The translations under genes were made by a program, and so were the position numbers. A stretch of DNA of 41,647 bases from a virus (taxonomy: Duplodnaviria > Caudoviricetes), in IMG/VR virus record IMGVR_UViG_3300020045_010930, positions 1-41,647 of that record, one strand, 5' to 3'. Positions 25,615 through 33,764 of the stretch are shown piece by piece (within the stretch, counting starts at the first letter, position 1; the number at the start of each line of letters is the position of its first letter). The notes under the pieces were generated by a model. It was not told where the DNA came from. It searched no databases and saw only the letters and a list, made by a program, of their open reading frames with translations.

Positions 25615-26667
25615 ATGAAAAGATACAAGATACATACAGGCGAAGATTCCAAAGGACTTTTGAAAGTTTCCTTTGTTGCCGAGCCAGCTATACAGTCAAA
25701 ACTGATGTATTTCACGGAAGAAAAACGAAAGTTTATATTTTCTGATGATGAAAAAGGGGTTATTTACGCTCCCGCATTGATTCCTGATTTGGATATTTTT
25801 AGAAAAAATGTGAATGGAGAGCCAGCTAATGTGTTCTTTGACAAAGAAACTATCTTAAAATTGCATTTAGATGGTTGCCGAAATGGTTACGATTCAAAAA
25901 TTAATCTAAATCATAGCGAAGACAAAGACCTTGAAGGTGTTTATTGTTTTGAAAATTGGATAGTTGGAGATGATAACCGAGCAGAAAAGTTCGGTTTCGA
26001 AGTTCCAGAAGGTACTTTAATGAAAGGTTATAAAATTGACAATCCAGAAATTAGACAAGATATTAAGGACGGAAAAATTACAGGACTTTCTATTGAAGCA
26101 AATCTTATGCCAGTTGAAGAAGAAGAAATTAAACCAATAAATAAATTTAGTATGAATAAAAAAACGATTATTGACAAGATAATTGCCTTGTTCGCAGATG
26201 AAAAAACAGAATACGCAACAGGCGTTTTTGGAACTTCATTAGAAGCAGGTTCAATTATTACCGATGCGGACGGCAATCCGTTAGCGGATAAAGAATTTGA
26301 ATTTGACGGTAAAAAGTACAAAACTGATTCAGAAGGAAAAGTTTCGGAAATGGAAGTTGAAATGGAAGGCGAAACACCTACAGCAGAGGACGACAAGGAC
26401 GCAAAAATTACAGCATTGGAAACAGAAATTGCTGATTTGAAAGCACAACTTGTTGCCAAAGAAGAAATGAAGATGGCAAATGAAAAAGCTGAAACTGAAT
26501 TAGCTACTTTGAAATTGTCAGTAGAAGATAAGGACAAAGAAATTGTAAAGCTGAAAGGGGAAATTGTCGAAGCTAAAAAAGTTGAGAATTTTCAAAAACA
26601 GGAACCAATTCCTTATGAAAAAATGACCAACGCACAAAAAGTAAAGTATAACCGTGAAAACAAATAA
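25615..26667 (+). CDS. Prohead protease (XkdF-like) fused to scaffold
   Basis: VS.V.EPAI, PALIPD..I.R, NLNH, E.WI, I.G.SIE; acidic coiled-coil C-half. Confidence 0.8.
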   Translation: MKRYKIHTGEDSKGLLKVSFVAEPAIQSKLMYFTEEKRKFIFSDDEKGVIYAPALIPDLDIFRKNVNGEPANVFFDKETILKLHLDGCRNGYDSKINLNHSEDKDLEGVYCFENWIVGDDNRAEKFGFEVPEGTLMKGYKIDNPEIRQDIKDGKITGLSIEANLMPVEEEEIKPINKFSMNKKTIIDKIIALFADEKTEYATGVFGTSLEAGSIITDADGNPLADKEFEFDGKKYKTDSEGKVSEMEVEMEGETPTAEDDKDAKITALETEIADLKAQLVAKEEMKMANEKAETELATLKLSVEDKDKEIVKLKGEIVEAKKVENFQKQEPIPYEKMTNAQKVKYNRENK

Positions 26668-26669
26668 AG

Positions 26670-26837
26670 ACGGCTAAAGCAGACTTTCTTAATCCGTTAG
26701 AAGCTGGTGTTTCATACGCTGATTTTTTAGCAGAGGTTGAAAAATCAAAAAAATCAATTGCAGAATATTGCAAAAGACATCTTGAAGAAGATACAATTAA
26801 TTGGATCGAAAACGAAATTAACCAAATAAAAAAATAA
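26670..26837 (+). CDS. 55-aa ORF with apparent ACG start
   Basis: (M)AKADFLNPLEAGVSYADFL...; fills the gap between protease stop and capsid start. Confidence 0.5.
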   Translation, partial: TAKADFLNPLEAGVSYADFLAEVEKSKKSIAEYCKRHLEEDTINWIENEINQIKK

Positions 26838-26840
26838 ACA

Positions 26841-27887
26841 ATGGCAGGAGTAACCTTTTCTGGAACTAAAGTTCCACAAACGCAATTGGAGGAAATCCAA
26901 AGCGAAATCTACGCAGACTGGGGCACGTTCAGAGAGCGAGATATTTTTATTGATGAAAATCACAAATCAGGTACTGATGTTTACGAATCGAAAGTAACCG
27001 TAAACATGAAAGCCGCTTCTACGGCAGCAGTAACAGCGGATGGAACAGCGGAGTATAAAGTTGAAAAAACACCAGTAACAAACGACAGAGTTATGTTTGC
27101 TGATGTTATTGACCAATCAACTTTGTTGGATACAAGATTTGAGAAATCAATGGCAACAGGGGCGTTTAATTTAGTTTCTACTGAATTTGATAATAAAGTG
27201 TTGCAATTCATTCAACCAGCTATTTCTGAAAGAATGGAAAGTGCATTGTGGGATGGAGCAACAACAGCCCAAAAAGTTGCTATTGCAGCATTAACTCCAG
27301 GCGCAGGACAGGGAAGTATTTCTGCTGGAGCGCAAACATTAGCAGCTGCTATGCCTGTAAACTTGTTCAACTCTTTGCCTGCAACTATTTTGTATAATAG
27401 TTCTTTGTCAAAAGTGGCTCCAGGAGCAGGTTTAGGTGATTACAAAAAAGTATTGTCTATTACAGCAATCACAAGCGCAAATATTGCAGCTCAATACCAA
27501 TTGTTATTTGCTACTTTAGACCCAAAAGTTTTGGCAGACCCAGCAAACCCACCTGTTATTTATTCGCCATTGGCACACCGCCAATTGATGAGAACCGCAA
27601 ACAACAGCGTTGGTGCAGCATCAAACAAAAACTTTGATTTTGTTGACAACACTTTGCAGTCAAAAGTTTATTTTCAAGGAATTGAAGTAAAATTCAAGCC
27701 TTTGGTTGGATTTATGATTTGCGCAGACCCACGTTACTTAAAATTGTTATTAGACTTGATTTCAGACATTTCAACTTTACAAACAGGAGAAGTCGCAAAC
27801 GGAGCTCAACAAATGTGGTACAAAAACGTTCAATCAATCCAAACTTGGGTAACGAACCAAAGATATATCACTCTTTACGGAGGATAA
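26841..27887 (+). CDS. Major capsid protein
   Basis: 348 aa, follows the protease/scaffold, followed by a strong terminator. Confidence 0.75.
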   Translation: MAGVTFSGTKVPQTQLEEIQSEIYADWGTFRERDIFIDENHKSGTDVYESKVTVNMKAASTAAVTADGTAEYKVEKTPVTNDRVMFADVIDQSTLLDTRFEKSMATGAFNLVSTEFDNKVLQFIQPAISERMESALWDGATTAQKVAIAALTPGAGQGSISAGAQTLAAAMPVNLFNSLPATILYNSSLSKVAPGAGLGDYKKVLSITAITSANIAAQYQLLFATLDPKVLADPANPPVIYSPLAHRQLMRTANNSVGAASNKNFDFVDNTLQSKVYFQGIEVKFKPLVGFMICADPRYLKLLLDLISDISTLQTGEVANGAQQMWYKNVQSIQTWVTNQRYITLYGG

Positions 27888-27909
27888 TCTAAAACGATTC
27901 TAAATAACT

Positions 27910-27935
27910 AACCCTCTCGTTTGAGGGGGTTTTTT
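27910..27935 (+). terminator. Intrinsic terminator
   Basis: AACCCTCTC-GTTT-GAGGGGGTT plus T tract. Confidence 0.75.
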
Positions 27936-27949
27936 AATACAAAAAGTTT

Positions 27950-28252
27950 ATGCCACGAATTAATTTAGGGGTTCTTAATTGTTTGCCAGAAAATAAATTA
28001 CCTGTTGGTTACAAAAAACCATTGGTAAATACTTTTCCAGCTTACAATTTAATTGAAAAATTAACATTGACTGTTTTAAAATCTGACGTAAAAAAGCCGA
28101 TGGTTGATATTGTTAATAGTTTGAAAAAACAGATTAATTTTTTAGTTGAAAAAAGAACCAATATAGAAACATTCGGGGTTTTTAAAAACGTTTCAGAAAA
28201 TGCAACTTCCTATGTTTGTGAAGTTGATTTGTACATTAAAAATTTAACTTAA
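27950..28252 (+). CDS. Hypothetical protein
   Basis: ORF track. Confidence 0.55.
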   Translation: MPRINLGVLNCLPENKLPVGYKKPLVNTFPAYNLIEKLTLTVLKSDVKKPMVDIVNSLKKQINFLVEKRTNIETFGVFKNVSENATSYVCEVDLYIKNLT

Positions 28253-28264
28253 AAAATAAAAGAT

Positions 28265-28792
28265 ATGGCTTGTGGAACTACGCTAACAGCATCGAGAAAA
28301 AAATCAGGTTTTGTAAAGCCTAAAGGTTACAAAGCCATTGGTTTTGCTACTTGGGATGGAGCAAACATCATCCAAAATACAGCGACAGGCGTAATTGCTT
28401 TACCTGCTGGAATTGCTAACGTTTACCGTTTTGAAGTAAAAAATACAGCGGATATTTATTCCGATGTTTGGACAAAAGACCCTGTAACTATGACAGGAGC
28501 AAATGTAGGAACAGGAACTTTTGCGCTTATGTATTGCGAAAGAATTAAGAATTTAGCGGACGCAATCGCTTTACGTGATGGAGTTTGGAATATTTTCTTT
28601 GAAAGTAACGACATAGTAACGGGAATTACTGTTTTCGGCTCTGTAAACGGAGCTGAAATACTTACAGTTACAGAAACATCAGATGCACAAGGCTTCTTGT
28701 TTACATTTTCATCCATGGAACCAAGTCCAGCGTATTCACTTGCAGCAGCTGGAATCACGGCTTATAACGCTCTTATTGCTAATTACGCATAA
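28265..28792 (+). CDS. Major tail tube protein (putative)
   Basis: MAC..LT..R....G.K.I; beta-rich, 175 aa. Confidence 0.6.
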   Translation: MACGTTLTASRKKSGFVKPKGYKAIGFATWDGANIIQNTATGVIALPAGIANVYRFEVKNTADIYSDVWTKDPVTMTGANVGTGTFALMYCERIKNLADAIALRDGVWNIFFESNDIVTGITVFGSVNGAEILTVTETSDAQGFLFTFSSMEPSPAYSLAAAGITAYNALIANYA

Positions 28793-29118
28793 TGAAAATT
28801 TTAAAATTAAATACTCCTTTTGAAATTAGCGCAGTTCCAAGAATTGCGCTTGTTTCATCGGATGTTTTGATTTTTACAGCGAGAAATGAAAACACCAATG
28901 TTAGTTTTAATTATACGCTGATTTGGTCTATTGTAAGTGGACGTTTGGTTTTCGAACTTCCAAATACTAATCCTGATTTTATCGCTGGAAACAAATACGA
29001 AATTTTTATCAAACGAATAGACGAAATTGTCTATCGTGGTAAAATGATTATAGTAAAAGAAGACACTGACATTCAAAACTACACACCATCGAAACAAACG
29101 ACACCACGATTTCTTTAA
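28792..29118 (+). CDS. Small virion/adaptor protein
   Basis: Beta-rich, YRGK motif, directly before the portal. Confidence 0.5.
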   Translation: MKILKLNTPFEISAVPRIALVSSDVLIFTARNENTNVSFNYTLIWSIVSGRLVFELPNTNPDFIAGNKYEIFIKRIDEIVYRGKMIIVKEDTDIQNYTPSKQTTPRFL

Positions 29119-30407
29119 TGACATTTTCGGCTTATATGCCGTCAATAAAAGAAATACAAATAGGCACTAAATACGTTCTAAATGGTTTAAATAACGATAA
29201 TTATAAGCTCTTTGCAGATGCTTATGATGATTCTGTTACTAATTCCGCTTGTATAAACGACATTTCAAACCTAATTAAAGGCGAAGGATTGATAAATGCT
29301 AATGGTGGTAAAAGTCCATCGAGTATTATTTCAGATGATGATTGGGGATTGATTGTTTTGGACTATAAAAAACAAGGACAAACCGCTTTACAAGTTATTT
29401 GGTATGGCGGAAAGCCTGTAAAAATTTATCATATTCCGCTGGAAAACACAGGTTTAAACGTCGATGAATCAGGAATGAAAGTTGACGGATACTGGTATTG
29501 CTATGACTGGAAAAAACAATATAAATACAGACCTGTTTTTTATCCTAAATTCAGTGCAGACAATCCAGAGAATAAAACTCAAATGTTGGTTATCAAAAGA
29601 CCATCAAACGAACCGTTATTTGCAAGACCTGACTGGTTTCCTGCTTTACGTTGGGCGCAAGATGAGGGGTTGATGGCACAACATTCTTACAGAGATATTC
29701 GAACGGGGTTTTCAGGAAAAAAAGTAATTAACTGGGTTGGAGGTCGTGGATTGACGCAAGAACAAAAGGATGAGACGAAAAAAGAGATTCTTTCAAAATT
29801 CACAGGTATAGACGGAGAGGATACGATTGTTTCAGTAAATGCAAGTGCTGAAAATTCGATAGTTGTAGACAACATTAGTCCTCCAAATGTAAACACTACT
29901 TATGTGAACTACACAGAAGAAGCAGAAAGAAAAATTTTGATTGCCCATTCGTATCCATCTATTTTATTAGCGGGATCTAAAACAGGATTTTCTTCGAATG
30001 CTGATGAAATTGCTGTGGCGACTAAATCAGTTTTTCGTAGAGTAATTAATCCAGCACGTGAAACATTGCTTTCGGGGTTGCAAACTATTTTTGATGTTAT
30101 TGGGGAAATTACTTTAGGAGTAAAAGATTTTGAAAGTGAAGAACTGGACAACAACACGGACGGAGAACCAGTTGAAAGATTAGGAGACAAAACAGCCGAG
30201 CAACAAAATGCAGAAGCGCAAGCGCAATTGCGTGGAAGTGTCGGAGGTGTTCAAGCGTTATTGGAAATTCAAGCTTCTTATGTTGCAAAAACTACCAGTT
30301 ACGAAAGCGCAATAGCTATGATTAATTTGATTTACGGATTTACCGAGGAAGAAGCGAAAAAATTATTAGGAAACCCGCAAGTTGCGCCAATACCACCAAC
30401 TATATGA
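29118..30407 (+). CDS. Portal protein
   Basis: S..NSACI, KFTG, I..AH.......G...GFSSNADEI. Confidence 0.75.
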   Translation: MTFSAYMPSIKEIQIGTKYVLNGLNNDNYKLFADAYDDSVTNSACINDISNLIKGEGLINANGGKSPSSIISDDDWGLIVLDYKKQGQTALQVIWYGGKPVKIYHIPLENTGLNVDESGMKVDGYWYCYDWKKQYKYRPVFYPKFSADNPENKTQMLVIKRPSNEPLFARPDWFPALRWAQDEGLMAQHSYRDIRTGFSGKKVINWVGGRGLTQEQKDETKKEILSKFTGIDGEDTIVSVNASAENSIVVDNISPPNVNTTYVNYTEEAERKILIAHSYPSILLAGSKTGFSSNADEIAVATKSVFRRVINPARETLLSGLQTIFDVIGEITLGVKDFESEELDNNTDGEPVERLGDKTAEQQNAEAQAQLRGSVGGVQALLEIQASYVAKTTSYESAIAMINLIYGFTEEEAKKLLGNPQVAPIPPTI

Positions 30408-30880
30408 GTACAATTAAACTAATGATACAGCCAGCGGATGTAATTGCGCTTACTCAATTGGACGGAAATATTGATAACGACAATTTAAAGCCTATTATTT
30501 ATGCATCGCAAACAACGCATTTAAAAGCTTTTTTGGGATTGAAATTGTACACGAAAATTTATACTGATTTCGCAGCAGATACTTTGACAGGCGAATATTT
30601 AATTATTTTCGACGAATACATTAAAGACTTTCTTTCTTATTATTCATCGGCTTTGTTTGTAGATTTCGGAGGATATAAGATTTCAGAAAACGGTTTACAT
30701 AAAATCAGTGGCGAAAATATGACATCACTTTCTGAAACAGAAACCGAAACTTTGTCGTTAAAATTCACTAAATTAGTTGCCAACGTAGAAGCTAATTTCA
30801 AAGAATATGTTTCAGACAAAAATATTCCTGAATTAGTAGGCGAAACTATTAATGTTCAAACTGATTTTCCATGGCTATAA
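30404..30880 (+). CDS. Head-tail adaptor protein
   Basis: GNID.D.L.P.I...Q...L...LG..LY; follows the portal. Confidence 0.65.
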   Translation: MSTIKLMIQPADVIALTQLDGNIDNDNLKPIIYASQTTHLKAFLGLKLYTKIYTDFAADTLTGEYLIIFDEYIKDFLSYYSSALFVDFGGYKISENGLHKISGENMTSLSETETETLSLKFTKLVANVEANFKEYVSDKNIPELVGETINVQTDFPWL

Positions 30881-31677
30881 TTCAAGTAGTAAATGTTTCA
30901 ACTCCAAATGATGGTTTAGGCGATCCGTTAAGAGTTTCGCAGGTCAAGGCGAATGATAATTTTTCAGAACTTAATGCAAAAAAAGTTGAAGTTATTCCTG
31001 GTTTTGATTTGTCGGAGAATAATTTTACGGATGCAGAAAAAGCAAAATTAGCAGGAATTGAAACTGGCGCACAAGTCAATGTTCGTGGCAATATGCAGCA
31101 GCAAGACCCGAGCGCACCTGATTATATTTTAGGAAAGCCGACAAGTGGCAATATAGTTACTTATGGAACTTATGCTTTAGTCGAGCAAAACTTAACTATT
31201 TTTGCTGGCTGGGTTTGGAAGATAAACGATGTTTTGTACACCAATTCAACCGACATTGTAATTAATTTTCATTATACTGCAACTGGATTACAGCGTTTGG
31301 ATGCAGTTGTTTTTGATACTTTAAATTCTGCACAGCGTGTTGATGGCGATGAGGTAGCAAGTTCGCCAACTGTTCCGTTATTAATACCTGATTCTATATT
31401 GTTTTCTATTTCTTTGATTACTGATGGCACGGTGGGTGCGCCATCTGTTCCAACAGCAACTGGTATTTTTTCCATTCGATACGCAGGATCAGGACAGGAC
31501 TATGAATTACCAGCAGGAACAACAGCTTTTCAAGGATTCATAAATGAAGCCTTACAATTTCCAGAAGATATTGATTTCTTGACTGATACAAATACATTTA
31601 CGCAATCTGGAACTACGGTTACTTTTCTTAAAACAATAACGGCAGGGCAAAGAATTAGGATTCAGTATTATTTATAA
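30871..31677 (+). CDS. Tail fibre-associated structural protein
   Basis: PNDG.GDPLR....K.NDNF.EL; LSENNFTDAEKAKLAGIE.GAQVN. Confidence 0.65.
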   Translation: MAIIQVVNVSTPNDGLGDPLRVSQVKANDNFSELNAKKVEVIPGFDLSENNFTDAEKAKLAGIETGAQVNVRGNMQQQDPSAPDYILGKPTSGNIVTYGTYALVEQNLTIFAGWVWKINDVLYTNSTDIVINFHYTATGLQRLDAVVFDTLNSAQRVDGDEVASSPTVPLLIPDSILFSISLITDGTVGAPSVPTATGIFSIRYAGSGQDYELPAGTTAFQGFINEALQFPEDIDFLTDTNTFTQSGTTVTFLKTITAGQRIRIQYYL

Positions 31678-31698
31678 CAAATCTAATTCCAAATAAGC

Positions 31699-31729
31699 AA
31701 CACTCTCATAATCGGGGGTGTTTTTTTTT
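31699..31729 (+). terminator. Intrinsic terminator
   Basis: AACACTCTC/GGGGGTGTT plus long T tract. Confidence 0.7.
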
Positions 31730-31802
31730 GTTTAGAATGAATGTGAATTAGTGAAATAATCTTTGAAATGTGTTGCATGTATCAAATGTATTCTTATATT
31801 TG
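31730..31802 (+). promoter_or_regulatory. Moron promoter with upstream palindromic box
   Basis: TTG-N19-TATATTTG (31773-31802); GTTTAGAATGAATGTGAAT at 31730. Confidence 0.6.
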
Positions 31803-31832
31803 TAAAAGAAATAACAGCTAAAACAAATAAAA

Positions 31833-31994
31833 ATGGAAGCTATTTGCAACGAAACTTTAAATGCTAAAAAAAAATACAATACAGAAAAAAGAATGTGGCA
31901 ATATATTACAGAAAATAATGAGGTTATTTTAACTTGTAAAACAGAAAAAGGATTAGACAGTAATTATTCAAAAATGTTAAATACTTTATCTTAA
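31833..31994 (+). CDS. Hypothetical protein
   Basis: MEAICNETL..., 53 aa, first gene after the promoter. Confidence 0.55.
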   Translation: MEAICNETLNAKKKYNTEKRMWQYITENNEVILTCKTEKGLDSNYSKMLNTLS

Positions 31995-32161
31995 TGAAGA
32001 AAATTGATTGTTATGGTGTGGAACTTACTGAACTTCAAAATATGGAGTTCAGTATTTATAAAGAAAATAGCAACTTACCAGCTATGAATACAATTTCAAA
32101 AGAAGAAAGAAAACAAATAGTTTTAGAATGGAAAAACAAACTCGCGGAGGAAAACGTCTAA
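31994..32161 (+). CDS. Hypothetical protein
   Basis: MKKIDCYGVEL..., TAATG coupling. Confidence 0.5.
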   Translation: MKKIDCYGVELTELQNMEFSIYKENSNLPAMNTISKEERKQIVLEWKNKLAEENV

Positions 32162-32277
32162 ACTCGGGGCGTAAAAAAGGAATTGAAACAACGACAATGC
32201 GAGTACCGTTGTATTTAAAAGAGATTATTCAAAGATTTATATTACGCAAACAACTAAAAAAAGAAGAGAAATTATGA
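32128..32277 (+). CDS. Small DNA-binding protein (RGG.R..SGRK plus ribbon-helix-like)
   Basis: MEKQTRGGKRLNSGRKKGIETTTMRVPLYL. Confidence 0.6.
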   Translation: MEKQTRGGKRLNSGRKKGIETTTMRVPLYLKEIIQRFILRKQLKKEEKL

Positions 32278-33230
32278 AAAAAGCAATTGCAATGAAATGC
32301 ACACAGGAAGATTGGGATTCGATTAAGGATAGAATTCCGAAAGACCTGATAAACGACAATCAATTTGATTTAATTGAATATCCGTATTTAACAAACAATT
32401 ATTATTCTGAATGCAAAAAAGGAATAGGAACTCACAGCAAATGCTATATCAAAGGCGGTGTAGAAATCCACGAAACATTCAACGCTAAAATATTTTTGGA
32501 TGCGTGTGGGATTGAAACAACGCCAACATTAGAAGAAGTTAAGGAGTATTTTAAGGATGCGGAAATTGTGAAAAGTATTTACGGAAAACAAGGAAAGCCA
32601 ACTGGAAATTTTCATTTCGAACATGATTGTTATTTTTGCGAAGCCGAAAAAGATACTTATTTAGCATTATGGAAAGAACGGTATGTCTACGCAAAAATAC
32701 TAACTTACAAAACGCCTAAATTCGAGATTACAAATGAGCAGGTTTTGTCATTGCATCGCCACGGTCACGATTTGACAAAAACACAATTAGAAGATATTTT
32801 TCCAGAGGTTTTTAAAAATGAGTTGGCTGTTGGGGTTTGGCAGAAAGTAAAGGGAAGAAATATTATATTTTGCTTATTTGAAAATGGAATATATGGATTT
32901 TTAAACGGTGTTGAAAAAACTTTAAATTGGGATTTTGCTAGTAACGAAAGTTTGGAGGAAGTAACCCCGCAAGAAGTTAAAGACGCTTTGATTGGGGAAG
33001 CGAAGAAGAGAGGGTTTGAAAGTACAGTGAGTTTTAAACCAGTTGATTATGAGAATACAGTAACAAGAAGTGCTTTTGAATTCGGATTTGATTTAAAAAA
33101 CAACAAAATATTATTTGGTAATTATTGCATTTTTGACAACGGCATCTGGGCAACCATCACAGAAACCATCACAATCCAAGAATCCGAGAAACTTTTAAAA
33201 GAGCAAGGAATTAATAAAAAGATAGTATGA
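32274..33230 (+). CDS. Hypothetical multi-module phage protein
   Basis: 318-aa ORF; EV..ALI.EAKKRGF, IF.NG.WATI motifs. Confidence 0.7.
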   Translation: MKKAIAMKCTQEDWDSIKDRIPKDLINDNQFDLIEYPYLTNNYYSECKKGIGTHSKCYIKGGVEIHETFNAKIFLDACGIETTPTLEEVKEYFKDAEIVKSIYGKQGKPTGNFHFEHDCYFCEAEKDTYLALWKERYVYAKILTYKTPKFEITNEQVLSLHRHGHDLTKTQLEDIFPEVFKNELAVGVWQKVKGRNIIFCLFENGIYGFLNGVEKTLNWDFASNESLEEVTPQEVKDALIGEAKKRGFESTVSFKPVDYENTVTRSAFEFGFDLKNNKILFGNYCIFDNGIWATITETITIQESEKLLKEQGINKKIV

Positions 33231-33382
33231 AAAACCTAAAAGAAATAGTATCGGAAATTAAAGGCTATCCCGTAACAATGGAAGAAGCTTTGAAAATGGC
33301 AGAAAATAACTTCGGGCAAATATACGCTTGGGTTAAGGCGGATGTGGTTGATAAATTGTTGGAAGAGAAACTGAAATTATGA
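33227..33382 (+). CDS. Hypothetical protein
   Basis: MKNLKEIVSEIKG..., ATGA overlaps on both sides. Confidence 0.55.
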   Translation: MKNLKEIVSEIKGYPVTMEEALKMAENNFGQIYAWVKADVVDKLLEEKLKL

Positions 33383-33612
33383 GTAAGATAGAAGAAATAA
33401 AGCAAAAAGTAAGAGACAATATTGAGTTTTCAATTGGTAAATCAAAAAGACCAATTGGCGGACAAAGTTGTGGAATTGAACATTTACCGATAATTCTAAA
33501 AAGTGAGGAATTAGAAATTGAAATTTCGATAAATCATTTCAAAAGTAAACATCAAAATAAGGATTATGGCAAAATGATTTTTGATTTAATAATTGATGAC
33601 CTTGTAAAGTAA
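33379..33612 (+). CDS. Hypothetical protein
   Basis: ORF track; GGQSCG motif. Confidence 0.6.
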   Translation: MSKIEEIKQKVRDNIEFSIGKSKRPIGGQSCGIEHLPIILKSEELEIEISINHFKSKHQNKDYGKMIFDLIIDDLVK

Positions 33613-33617
33613 ATTTT

Positions 33618-33648
33618 AATTCCCTACTCGAAAGTTTAGGGAATTTTT
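33618..33648 (+). terminator. Intrinsic terminator closing the moron
   Basis: AATTCCCTA/TAGGGAATT plus Ts. Confidence 0.65.
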
Positions 33649-33649
33649 G

Positions 33650-33740
33650 TATATTTGCAATTACTCCGTGATTTATTATTGTTCATTCGAGTGAATAATA
33701 ATTCCTAAACCACAATTTTACTATTGTGGTTTTTTTTATT
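33650..33740 (+). promoter_or_regulatory. Promoter with two-hairpin leader/terminator
   Basis: TATATTTG; hairpins 33676-33701 and AAACCACAAT/ATTGTGGTTT plus T tract. Confidence 0.55.
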
Positions 33741-33764
33741 TATATTTACCGTAAAATTCAAACT

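Noticed and set aside
23931-31475. Minus-strand ORFs such as 24393-24974, 26028-26537, 28456-28758
   Set aside because: Antisense shadows of well-supported structural genes with Ser/Phe-biased composition
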